Assembly: GCA_963813895.1 (NCBI GenBank)
Contig: CAWFAS010000003.1
Location: 543,914-607,913, forward strand
Origin: an uncultured Gammaproteobacteria bacterium
GTDB taxonomy: Bacteria > Pseudomonadota > Gammaproteobacteria > JAURND01
Direction: 5' to 3'
Length of the DNA stretch: 64,000 nt
Positions 10,173 to 19,143 of this stretch are shown here, piece after piece; the stretch's first letter is position 1; every line of letters begins with the position of its first letter. The position numbers and the translations under genes are program-made. The notes beneath the pieces are model-generated. The model had not been told where the DNA came from, ran no database searches, and saw nothing but the letters and a program-made list of their open reading frames with translations.

Positions 10173-11341
10173 ATTCTGGCCCCATTGAACTTTAAACCTG
10201 GAACCAATACTTGCACTACGGGGATGCCAATCTCCTTTTTAGTATGATTTACTAGCAACACATGTCGATAGTCCTTCCTATAGAGTAAGACGATTATTTG
10301 TTTTATATTTTCAGCAAAAGAAGATTGATATTCTGGCTGCACCCCTTTTGCATAGTCATGCATGCCATCTTTGAGCCAGTCTTCCTCCAATAGTTGATTA
10401 AGCATTCTTTGCCGCTGATAGTATTCAGGGAATACATCATCCCGGTTGCCGCTGATTAATGTTAATCTTGCCTGTGCTGCTTCGGTTAATGCCCGAGACA
10501 AGGCAACTTCTTTTGATAAATGAGCCCCAGTTCCTGTGAATAATCCCAAACTTCTAAATAAATTGATGTCGTAGATTGCACAATGAAATGCTGGAATTCC
10601 CAAGGGCGAAGCAATGTCCCAAATTTTTACCCGTAACCCCGCCAGATGCAAGTGCGTCAATAACTGAATGTTACTGTCCTGAATACTCGCCTGCGATAGT
10701 AGTTTTTTATTCTTGATTTCCTGATCCAGTTGTTGCCATTGATAAAGCGAATCACGCTCTATCAATTCATATAATGCATGACAGATCGCTTCTTCATGGG
10801 TATTGCCTGCCGCCAAACCGTTCGTACTGACAGATAAAAAACTATATTCAGGGTGAGGTTGGGTAGAGTCTAAACAGGTAAGAATATGAGGAATATAAAA
10901 ATTAGTATTGGTAGGTAAATCTAAAGCAGACACCCATCCCAACTCCAGAGTATCTAATTTTTTCTGAGTAAATTGAGTCCTATTAAAAAAATCAGGATTT
11001 ATCAGCTTGTGAATATTGCAAAGTGCAGCATAGGAGCCAGCAAGCGCAGGGCCGAGTGCATTTTCCATATGATAGGCTTCTAGTGCCTCCATAATTGCAG
11101 AAATTTCTGCTAACTGTTGGGACAAGCCTTTGCCTTGTGATACTGAAAGATGCTTCGCATTGGGGCGTATGCAGGTAGCAACAGCGATACCGACGGAATC
11201 GAGTCCTGTAATATTGGCTACTCGAGTAATACCCACATTGGGCAAAATTGGCTTTAATCGTTGTAGAGTCTTATCAGTGAAATCGGCACGAATTGTACCT
11301 TGCAGAGGATAATAATTGTCCAAGCACACCACATTAACCAC
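10169..11341 (-). CDS. YcaO-domain protein (ATP-dependent amide-backbone activating enzyme family)
   Basis: Hallmark YcaO motifs GITRVANITGLD..GI.V......RP ... SQGKG and SVSTNGLAAGNTHEEAICHALYELIERD. Confidence 0.85.
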   Translation of the reverse strand: MVNVVCLDNYYPLQGTIRADFTDKTLQRLKPILPNVGITRVANITGLDSVGIAVATCIRPNAKHLSVSQGKGLSQQLAEISAIMEALEAYHMENALGPALAGSYAALCNIHKLINPDFFNRTQFTQKKLDTLELGWVSALDLPTNTNFYIPHILTCLDSTQPHPEYSFLSVSTNGLAAGNTHEEAICHALYELIERDSLYQWQQLDQEIKNKKLLSQASIQDSNIQLLTHLHLAGLRVKIWDIASPLGIPAFHCAIYDINLFRSLGLFTGTGAHLSKEVALSRALTEAAQARLTLISGNRDDVFPEYYQRQRMLNQLLEEDWLKDGMHDYAKGVQPEYQSSFAENIKQIIVLLYRKDYRHVLLVNHTKKEIGIPVVQVLVPGLKFNGARM

Positions 11342-11606
11342 CCACCAGGGGTAAAAACAAGGTTATAACATCATCGCTTTCGAGAAAAAGTTCTTGTTGG
11401 GATGAAGGATGTATTTGCTTGCCATTTAAATAGATGCTTATAAAAGGGCGTATATTGTGCTTGTCATCAAAAAGATACTGCTCTATTTCAGGAAAATCCT
11501 TAATTAAAGCAGCTCTAACATCTTTTAAGTGATCACAATTAACAATAATCTTAGATTGATGGTTAGTAAACTTAGTTAATACATCTGGTATAAGAATTGT
11601 CGGCAT
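11334..11606 (-). CDS. ThiS/MoaD-like ubiquitin-fold sulfur-carrier protein ending in Gly-Gly
   Basis: 90-aa ORF with C-terminus ...ITLFLPLVGG-stop. Beta-grasp-like length. Overlaps the YcaO start by 8 nt. Confidence 0.65.
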   Translation of the reverse strand: MPTILIPDVLTKFTNHQSKIIVNCDHLKDVRAALIKDFPEIEQYLFDDKHNIRPFISIYLNGKQIHPSSQQELFLESDDVITLFLPLVGG

Positions 11607-11765
11607 AAGTGAGGCAATATTCTGTTGATAAACCTAAAATTAAATCAGGTCTAACAATTGGAACTAAGCGGGCGATACCGAGTAATTTGTTAAAAAAATC
11701 CTTTGATGACCTTGTCATTTCACAAGATGGCTGCCTTGCCGAACAAAAACTCGTTACAAGCCAAC

Positions 11766-11972
11766 TTAATTTAATAAGCTAATACCTGATTCGCATTCTA
11801 CATTCGAAAATAGTGGCCCTGAGAGACCTAACAAACTTTCATAAAAAATCATTATTTGCACGTTATCAAGTTCTTGAGCAGAAATACCGCTCTTTGGTTC
11901 AAAGTCATTAATCATGGTTAATCCCGGATAATTTATATTATTTAGTGAAACACTAAACGTTTTAGTTCTCAC
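11766..11972 (-). CDS. 68-aa ORF between the ThiS-like gene and the 443-aa gene; candidate small peptide (speculative)
   Basis: Same strand, inside the operon and fills the gap. No homology recognised. Could equally be non-coding. Confidence 0.2.
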   Translation of the reverse strand: MRTKTFSVSLNNINYPGLTMINDFEPKSGISAQELDNVQIMIFYESLLGLSGPLFSNVECESGISLLN

Positions 11973-12004
11973 AACCCTGAGAGTAAATTAATCCTTTGAT
12001 CTTA

Positions 12005-13336
12005 TTATACATCAGATTTTCTTGAGATTCGAATACAACCTCTTAAAAATGGACTCGATGCGCAGAATGACTTCTCAGGATATTTCTTTAATTCAGAGAC
12101 TAGCATGGAATCACCCATTGTGATTTCAGAAGAATTTAATATCAGTTCTCTGCTATCCATTTCAGAATGAAAATAAGAATAATCAATATTTTTTGCCCAT
12201 TTATAAATAGGAGTATTTACCAATTTTAACTTGTCCTCCAATAAATAAGTAGATATTCCATTCATTACATGTTTGATTTCTCGTAAGTCTTCGAGCTTAC
12301 TAGTGATTTTTTTTGATTTTGGTGAAAATACTACCAAGGTCGGTACTGCTAGAGAGTAATAGCAGGGTCTTTGGGGATCTTCTGCAGAAAAGTATCCAGG
12401 ATGTAACATCGTGGGAGAGTATTTTAAGCTATAGATATTATTAAAAACAGTTTGTAGTGCTCTGATAGGACCTGCACTCTCGTCGTGGGCCACTATAAAA
12501 GCTGGGTAAGTACCAGTTCCAATAGAATATAAATGCTTTACAGTGTCAGTAAGATATGGATTAGGTTTCAGATTTTTGGCTTCTAACGCGCAGGAAAAAG
12601 CAAAATCAAGCACGACCTGATTACGTAAATATGCGGTTTCGTGCCAAGCAGTTTCCATAAGATAGGATCGAAGAAGTCGCCATTTGGGGTCTTTCTGATT
12701 TTCTAACCATTTGCCTGAAAAAAATAAAACTTCTACTGACCACGGTTCAGGGAAAGTAGCGCATTGTGCCAATTCCTTAAAGACTTCCCATTCATCAAGA
12801 AAATCTTTGGGCACAGAAGAAAATAGGTTGAATTCACGTTTTAGCTTTTTGTAATAGGTGACATCCGAAATTTTAGGTAGCATTATAAGTGAACGTGCGC
12901 CAGCGGTAATGCTCCAGATATGGCCGAGATGCGCCGACTGCATAATTTCTAATACAGTCCAAAGTGCAAAGATTTTGCCAGTTCGCATTAAACTGAATGG
13001 CACTACACGCCTGCCTTCCAACAAAAATAGTTCAATTGAATTATTAAGTACTACTCCCATTGGCATAGTCTGCGCATAGGTTAATGATTCTCTTATTTCA
13101 GGGTCAAGGTCAGGATTATCAATGGATAATAATTGCTGATTATCTGTGGGGAGATGAAGCACACCCTTATCTAAAATGGTAGCCCCAAAGGGATAGCGAG
13201 CCTTAATTAAAAGGAAATCATTTCCCGGATCAATTTTATCTATTTCGTTAGCAAGCTGGGGATTAGCCTTAACTACATCGTCTCTTGCCTGCTTCCAGGT
13301 CAATTTTTCAATTGCAGGTCTATTGTCTTTCCCCAT
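12005..13336 (-). CDS. hypothetical protein (443 aa), first gene of the YcaO/TfuA operon
   Basis: Long uninterrupted ORF, co-directional and tightly spaced with the downstream genes. No family recognised by eye. Confidence 0.6.
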   Translation of the reverse strand: MGKDNRPAIEKLTWKQARDDVVKANPQLANEIDKIDPGNDFLLIKARYPFGATILDKGVLHLPTDNQQLLSIDNPDLDPEIRESLTYAQTMPMGVVLNNSIELFLLEGRRVVPFSLMRTGKIFALWTVLEIMQSAHLGHIWSITAGARSLIMLPKISDVTYYKKLKREFNLFSSVPKDFLDEWEVFKELAQCATFPEPWSVEVLFFSGKWLENQKDPKWRLLRSYLMETAWHETAYLRNQVVLDFAFSCALEAKNLKPNPYLTDTVKHLYSIGTGTYPAFIVAHDESAGPIRALQTVFNNIYSLKYSPTMLHPGYFSAEDPQRPCYYSLAVPTLVVFSPKSKKITSKLEDLREIKHVMNGISTYLLEDKLKLVNTPIYKWAKNIDYSYFHSEMDSRELILNSSEITMGDSMLVSELKKYPEKSFCASSPFLRGCIRISRKSDV

Positions 13337-13756
13337 AATAATTTTCCCTTTGATGAATGAACATTTTGTTTCATCGTAATATGTATTTTAAACCGATTTC
13401 CTTTTTGCACCTGGTCTAGCATACACATTTCCAATAATTAAATTACCAGTTTTATGCAAACATTAGTTCTTATTGCTGATAATACGATTAAGTATAGTAG
13501 ATGGGAATTACTAAGTGAGCCACATCAGGGGATTACCGAGGTTTTTAATCTCTTTAACCATAAATCTTAAACTTATTGGATATACCCAAATTCTTTCCAT
13601 CATGATTTTTAAGTTGATTATTTTCAAAAAAAGATCGTAAGCCACCAATATTCACTTTGCTTTCATTGTACTAATCATAGCAACATAAACTGGAGGTTTC
13701 CATGAGTAACTTCATCGTACCTGATCGCTAGTTTTGCTTGAAAGATTGGCCAGAAA

Positions 13757-13972
13757 ATGGCACAGGAATGCGGGTGCTATGCTTGCTATAGACTTTCAGA
13801 TAATTTCTTTGGAACTCCCCATCTTGAAAAAATGGGGAGCGAGGATTTTTTCAAAAATCATTATCTGAAAAACCAGTTGGGCAAAAAATATCAAAAAAAC
13901 TCCAAAGAATGTACAATTAAAAATTCTTATGCCTATTTTGAGAAAAACCATTCTTTTGATATTTATTTATGA
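13757..13972 (+). CDS. 71-aa Cys-rich small ORF translationally coupled (ATGA overlap) to the E1/rhodanese gene
   Basis: MAQECGCYACYRLSD... Its stop overlaps the start codon of the following gene. Confidence 0.3.
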   Translation: MAQECGCYACYRLSDNFFGTPHLEKMGSEDFFKNHYLKNQLGKKYQKNSKECTIKNSYAYFEKNHSFDIYL

Positions 13973-15087
13973 AGCTAACCCCAACTGAAATTCTACGCTA
14001 TTCGCGCCATTTCCCGATCATTAATCAGACTGGCCAAGAGCAACTAAAAAACGCAGCTGTGCTATGTGTGGGCGCGGGTGGTTTAGGTTCTCCTGCTCTG
14101 TTATATCTGGCAGCAGCAGGTATAGGAAAACTCGGGATCATAGATCATGATCGCGTAGAAATCAGCAACCTACAACGACAGATATTATTTACCAATGCTG
14201 ATATCGGGCAGCTCAAAGTTGATTGCGCGCGACAACACCTTGTTGCACAAAATCCCGATATCGAGATCAAAACTTATCCGCTGCGCTTGATTAGCAGCAA
14301 TGCGCAACAGCTAGTTGCTAATTACGATATCGTACTGGATGGCAGCGATAACTATGAAACACGCTATCTGATTAACGATGTGTGTCACAGTGCCGGTAAA
14401 CCAATGGTCTCCGCGAGTATTTTTCAGTTTCAAGGTCAAATCAGTGTCTTCAATGTCGATGATGGTCCGTGTTATCGCTGCTTATATCGCGCTCCACCGC
14501 CCGCTGAGTTAATGCCGGATTGCGCTGCCGGCGGTGTATTAGGAGTGTTACCTGGCATTATGGGCACAATCCAGGCAACAGAAACCATTAAACTAATCCT
14601 CAAAAAGGGGCAATCCTTGGGTGGGCGCTTATTGATCTTTGATGCTCTCTGCATGAGTTTTAATGAGTATACTATTCATTCTGATCCGCAGTGTCCGCTT
14701 TGCCAGTATAGCCAGCTATCTGATGATCTATTCACTCAACCTTCGCGGGAATGTAATTCTGATGGAACGGTACCTGAAATCCAGCCTTCAGAGTTGGCCA
14801 GTTGGTTACGGGATTCAGCAGCATCAGTGCAACTATTGGATGTACGTGAACCCTATGAGCGCGCAATTTGTCACATTGGTGGAGCATTTCTACCACTTTC
14901 CCAATACAATCCTTCCCACTTAAAACTTAATAAGCAAATACCAACTGTTGTTTATTGCAAGCATGGTAATCGGAGTCAAATAGCCGCCAAATTGTTGCAG
15001 GCAGAAGGTTACCAACGGGTTTTCACTCTAAAAGGTGGAATTATAGCTTGGGCGGAACAGATTGACTCATCCATTGTAATATATTGA
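13969..15087 (+). CDS. MoeZ/MoeB-like E1 adenylyltransferase with C-terminal rhodanese domain (sulfur-carrier activating enzyme)
   Basis: ThiF/MoeB nucleotide-binding motif VLCVGAGGLGSPALLYLAAAGIGKLGIIDHDRVEISNLQRQ. CxxC pairs (CYRC, CPLC). C-terminal rhodanese-like block (VVYCKHGNRSQIAAKLL..GY..VF.L.GGI..W). Confidence 0.85.
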   Translation: MKLTPTEILRYSRHFPIINQTGQEQLKNAAVLCVGAGGLGSPALLYLAAAGIGKLGIIDHDRVEISNLQRQILFTNADIGQLKVDCARQHLVAQNPDIEIKTYPLRLISSNAQQLVANYDIVLDGSDNYETRYLINDVCHSAGKPMVSASIFQFQGQISVFNVDDGPCYRCLYRAPPPAELMPDCAAGGVLGVLPGIMGTIQATETIKLILKKGQSLGGRLLIFDALCMSFNEYTIHSDPQCPLCQYSQLSDDLFTQPSRECNSDGTVPEIQPSELASWLRDSAASVQLLDVREPYERAICHIGGAFLPLSQYNPSHLKLNKQIPTVVYCKHGNRSQIAAKLLQAEGYQRVFTLKGGIIAWAEQIDSSIVIY

Positions 15088-15321
15088 GGATTGTAGTTGT
15101 CTTGGATATTTTCAATATGCTGTTCAAATATTTGGAGGCTGAGTCTTCTTTCTTGACAGGATAAAAGTGCCTATAAAAATGGAGCAAGATCACCATTAGG
15201 GAAATTATTTTTAAAATAAGATTCCTTAGAATCTAAAAAAAATGTGAATTGCATGGGGAAGAGCTTTTTGACAATATTATACTTGATATCTTAATTGGAT
15301 TAAATTTTGGCCGGAAATGCT

Positions 15322-15966
15322 CTAATCGACCCCATTGATCAAACCACTTTCTATCACCATACGCACCGCTTCTGCATCCGTTTTAACCCCCAGTTTCTTT
15401 AATACATTAGCTATATATCCGCTAATCGTTTTCTTACTGAGATACAAACTCTTTGCAATGTCGCCTCTTTTCATACCACTCACAATCAGGAGAAGAATTT
15501 GCAACTCACGCTCATTCAACTGCAGTAACGGTGATGGATTATTCTGTGCAGCCATATGGAATGAAGCAATGACTTCAGCCATCGCTGGGTCAATATAGCG
15601 ACTGCCCGCATAAACAGCCTGAATTGCCTGCAGCATTTCTTCCCGGCTGGCGCGCTTACTTAAATAACCCGCAGCGCCCATGTCAAGTAAGCGAGCAGGC
15701 ACAAGTCCACTGGTATACGCACTAAGAATTAATATCTTCAGCGCAGGTTTATGCCGCAACAGACGAGCAATCGCTTCAAAGCCGCCCATGCCTGGCATAT
15801 TAAGGTCTATCAGAATAATGTCTGGATTGAGCTCGCGAGCAGCGCGAATGGCGTCTTCGCCGCTTTCTGCTTCGCCAATCACTTGGAGGGTGTCAGTATC
15901 ATTCAACATCAATTTTAGGCTACTCCGTACCAATTCGTGGTCGTCGACAAGTAAAATCCTGATCAC
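15322..15966 (-). CDS. GacA/UvrY (LetA-like) response regulator, NarL/FixJ family
   Basis: MIRILLVDDHELVR...IILIDLNMPGMGG...LILSAY receiver domain plus LuxR HTH (LNERELQILLLIVSGMKRGDIAKSLYLSKKTISGYIANVLKKLGV). Confidence 0.8.
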   Translation of the reverse strand: MIRILLVDDHELVRSSLKLMLNDTDTLQVIGEAESGEDAIRAARELNPDIILIDLNMPGMGGFEAIARLLRHKPALKILILSAYTSGLVPARLLDMGAAGYLSKRASREEMLQAIQAVYAGSRYIDPAMAEVIASFHMAAQNNPSPLLQLNERELQILLLIVSGMKRGDIAKSLYLSKKTISGYIANVLKKLGVKTDAEAVRMVIESGLINGVD

Positions 15967-16359
15967 TCAAAGCCCTCCTGGTATTTCACAAAGAATTTGA
16001 TGCTTGCGCCCCATTAAGGAAAGCATATTCTTCCTATTGGACATAGTTGTTAATTCTCGTACTGATATCATCCCTCAGGAAAAAATAAAGTATTCAAAAA
16101 ATGCTTGTCCTGTCGCAATAAAATCCTGTGCCGGACAAATAGAAAGTTCGTATTTTTCCCAACTTTCCCTTAAAGGCCCTTATCAAAGCATACGGGTGGG
16201 ACTTCCCTGTTCATTAAAGAAACCTTAATAGGGTGTTGCTTTCGAAAAGTATTAGTCAGATAATGTATGTAGCTTATTAAAAAATAATAAGCGCAACCCC
16301 CAAGTGGCGCTAACCACAAGGGGGTCACTTCCCGACAAACCTTACTTCACGAGGTTCAT

Positions 16360-18913
16360 ATAGGGTAGGAAGCGAGATTCCCCGAAGGGTAATCCGTCAA
16401 CCCCCCTCCGAACCGGACTTGAACCTTTCAGCTCATCCGGCTCTCCACTTGCTTTTCTTTAGCTCTTCTTAAGTCAGGAAGTTTTCCAGCATGTAACAAA
16501 TCATGACATGAGACACAGAGAACTAATGTTTTCCTTTGTCTTCTTGCCATTATTATTTGCCACAATTTCTTTCCTTCTTTTAAGTCACTCAACTTTCGGA
16601 TGTGATGCACTTCGAATGGTCCCGTTTGTCCCTTACAGTATTCGCACTGACGTGCATTTAATCGTTGAACAAGCTCCGTTCGACTTAAAGTAAATTGCCA
16701 GGTATTAGGCATATCATCGATATGTTTATATGTGGCTTCTTTACGCTTCACATCCTTCAATTTGAATATCTTAAAAATGTGTATATTCGTTTTGCTGCGA
16801 ACAGTTAGCATTAGCCCTTGCGGAGTTTGGAGCCTTTTGGTGATTTTGCCTATCGTAGTTTTGTGCTTGCCTGCTAATGTTTTAAGCAAGCTTGTTTGCC
16901 ATACCCACGCTAGTTTTCCCAAGCTCCAAAAGTTCTGGGCTAACCCATAATAATTAGCTAACCCACGCATTTCCGCGTTATAGGTTTTAATAATCTCTGC
17001 GTCGCTGAGATTGAACAACTCCGCTCGATGAACTGTTTTGAGAGTTGCATAATTTCCGTATTTTTTGTTTTTACAGAATTGACTCAGCTTTTCTTGGGGT
17101 ATATATAATTGCATACGTTCTGCCATAGTTCTTTCGCGCGTATGGCATTTTCCCCTGACAGTCCTAACTGTCTTATTGCCAGAGTAAATAGCTATATTAT
17201 AACCCAAGAATCGTGCACCTTTCGACCCACTTACTATATGAGATTTTTCATGAGCTATTTCGAGCTGTAGATTGATCTCGATAAATTTCTGTATTTTATC
17301 GCGCACAGTAATTGCATCATATTTGGAACCGATAATGCCAATTACAAAATCATCTGCATATCGACAGTAGCGCAATCTCTTATAATTCGGGTCTAACGGT
17401 TCAAGAGTTTTATTTGTTTTCCGTTGTATATCCAGGATTTTTATTTGTTGCTTGAGAGCATGAATCTGCTCAGCAGTGTTTTGCTGTTGATTCAAACTGT
17501 CAATTTTCTTCCGTAATCCATAGATAGAAGCACTGATACGGTCATACTCCGCCTTACTTGCTCTCCTCTTACCTCGGTTAAACTCCGTTTTCAATGTTTC
17601 AACGAATATATCGAGTTCGTGAAGATAAATATTTGCTAGAAGCGGTGAAACAATATTTCCTTGCGGTGTTCCGCTAAATGTTTTGTGGAATTTCCAGTCT
17701 TCGACATATCCGGCTGTTAACATCAGTTCAATAAGGTGAATGAATTTATTATCTTCAATCTTTTCCTTAAGGAGCTTGATGAGGATAGCATGATGGATAT
17801 TATCGAAGTAACCTCTGATATCCATGTCAATGATCCACTTTAGACCGTGCCATCGATTTTTAATTTCATTTAATGCGGTATGACAAGATTTTCCTGGCCT
17901 AAATCCATGGGCATTTTTATGAAAAATTGGCTCATAGATCTTTTCCAGTATCATCCTGACTACTTCAGAAATTAATTTATCGTCTCCAGACGGAATACCT
18001 AATGGACGCTGCTTCCCATTCGCTTTGGGAATATACACTCTTTTTACTGGGTTGAAACGATAATGGTCTTCTTTGATTTCTTTAATCAATCTTTGGACTC
18101 GTTCCATAGAGAATCTGTCCAATGATTTACCATCTGTTCCAGGTGTCGTTGCTCCCTTATTGGCATATATATTTATATATGCCTGCAGCCACAACATCGG
18201 ATTCTCTAAAAGTCTAAAAAGACCATTAATACGTTTTCCTTTCTTAGATAGCTCTCCAAGTGCATCTAATCTCTTAATCGTAGTATCGGTTAGCATCAGC
18301 ACAACCTCTCTTAAGATTTTAGTTGCATAAGCAAGCTGCTTTCCTTCCCCCCAGACAGAGAGTTTTTCATTGATATTACTATCAACTTATGACTGTGTCG
18401 GTATCGCTTACTTTTAGGCGATCAGCCATTTCCATTACAGAAATGACATCGGGTAATACGAAAGCTCTGTTGCCTTATTGGTCGTAGTCTGAATAGACCA
18501 ACTTAGGCAATCCCATGTTTACGACAAACCAAAGTTACAACGTGGTTAGGCCTCCTTTTCGTCTCGACGATCCCTTTTATGAGGGCATGTCTAAACAACT
18601 GGACAATGTAACACGCCCGATAAGTTACCTTGTGTTTAGAACAGATGTTACAGTTATCTTTCATCAGTGCCTGTCAAAAAGCCATGGAGACTGGGATTCA
18701 GGTAGTATAACTTTGACCATACACGTTTTATCCTTACCCCTTCAGCTATAGATAACTTTCAGCATTGGGGCATTTTCCCAACATGCTACACTCCCTCTTC
18801 CCTTTCGGGATTCAAGCCTGTTACCAAGCAGAGATAAGTTGGGTGGATATAAGATTTTCCAGTAATCTTAGCGACTGTTAGTCGCGCTCCTGTTTGACGC
18901 CGACACGGCGCAC
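16360..18913 (-). mobile_element. group II intron (apparently intact), minus strand
   Basis: RT/maturase/endonuclease ORF inside. Domain V (GAGCCGGATGAGCTGAAAGGTTCAAGTCCGGTTC) read as the reverse complement of 16408-16443, overlapping the ORF stop. A GTGCGCC 5' end lies at plus 18913. The 3' end is placed approximately (+/-20 nt) after a domain VI-like hairpin. Confidence 0.75.
16428..18302 (-). CDS. group II intron-encoded protein: reverse transcriptase + maturase (X) + HNH endonuclease
   Basis: RT blocks (RPLGIPSGDDKLISEV, GFRPGKSCHTAL, DIRGYFDNIHH, GTPQGNIVSPLLANIYL, YADDFVIG). C-terminal Cys/His HNH region (CEYCKG...HHIRKLSDL...CVSCHDLLH). Confidence 0.9.
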   Translation of the reverse strand: MLMLTDTTIKRLDALGELSKKGKRINGLFRLLENPMLWLQAYINIYANKGATTPGTDGKSLDRFSMERVQRLIKEIKEDHYRFNPVKRVYIPKANGKQRPLGIPSGDDKLISEVVRMILEKIYEPIFHKNAHGFRPGKSCHTALNEIKNRWHGLKWIIDMDIRGYFDNIHHAILIKLLKEKIEDNKFIHLIELMLTAGYVEDWKFHKTFSGTPQGNIVSPLLANIYLHELDIFVETLKTEFNRGKRRASKAEYDRISASIYGLRKKIDSLNQQQNTAEQIHALKQQIKILDIQRKTNKTLEPLDPNYKRLRYCRYADDFVIGIIGSKYDAITVRDKIQKFIEINLQLEIAHEKSHIVSGSKGARFLGYNIAIYSGNKTVRTVRGKCHTRERTMAERMQLYIPQEKLSQFCKNKKYGNYATLKTVHRAELFNLSDAEIIKTYNAEMRGLANYYGLAQNFWSLGKLAWVWQTSLLKTLAGKHKTTIGKITKRLQTPQGLMLTVRSKTNIHIFKIFKLKDVKRKEATYKHIDDMPNTWQFTLSRTELVQRLNARQCEYCKGQTGPFEVHHIRKLSDLKEGKKLWQIIMARRQRKTLVLCVSCHDLLHAGKLPDLRRAKEKQVESRMS

Positions 18914-19143
18914 CAGACGATGAGATTTTACACCATTGCGCTTCAGCGCTGTATTCCTTTTTTCACCTTTTCCCCCTTTTCGCAAGCCCGATCTTGCCGT
19001 GGCTATATGCCCGCGGCAAAACAACGCACTGCCCTGAGTCAACCCTCAACGCCTGATGTATTCGGGAGGCGGGGCCGCGCGTTGCCGAGCTTAAGAAAAG
19101 CGGTTCTAGGTGCAACAAGCGGGGTAAACTAGCAGAGGGTGGA

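Noticed and set aside
16228-16340. Possible class-C-type terminator hairpin (CCCCCAAGTGG...CCACAAGGGGG plus T-run) as intron target
   Set aside because: The arms are not truly complementary (mirror repeat rather than inverted), and its position relative to the inferred intron 3' end is inconsistent. Not claimed.
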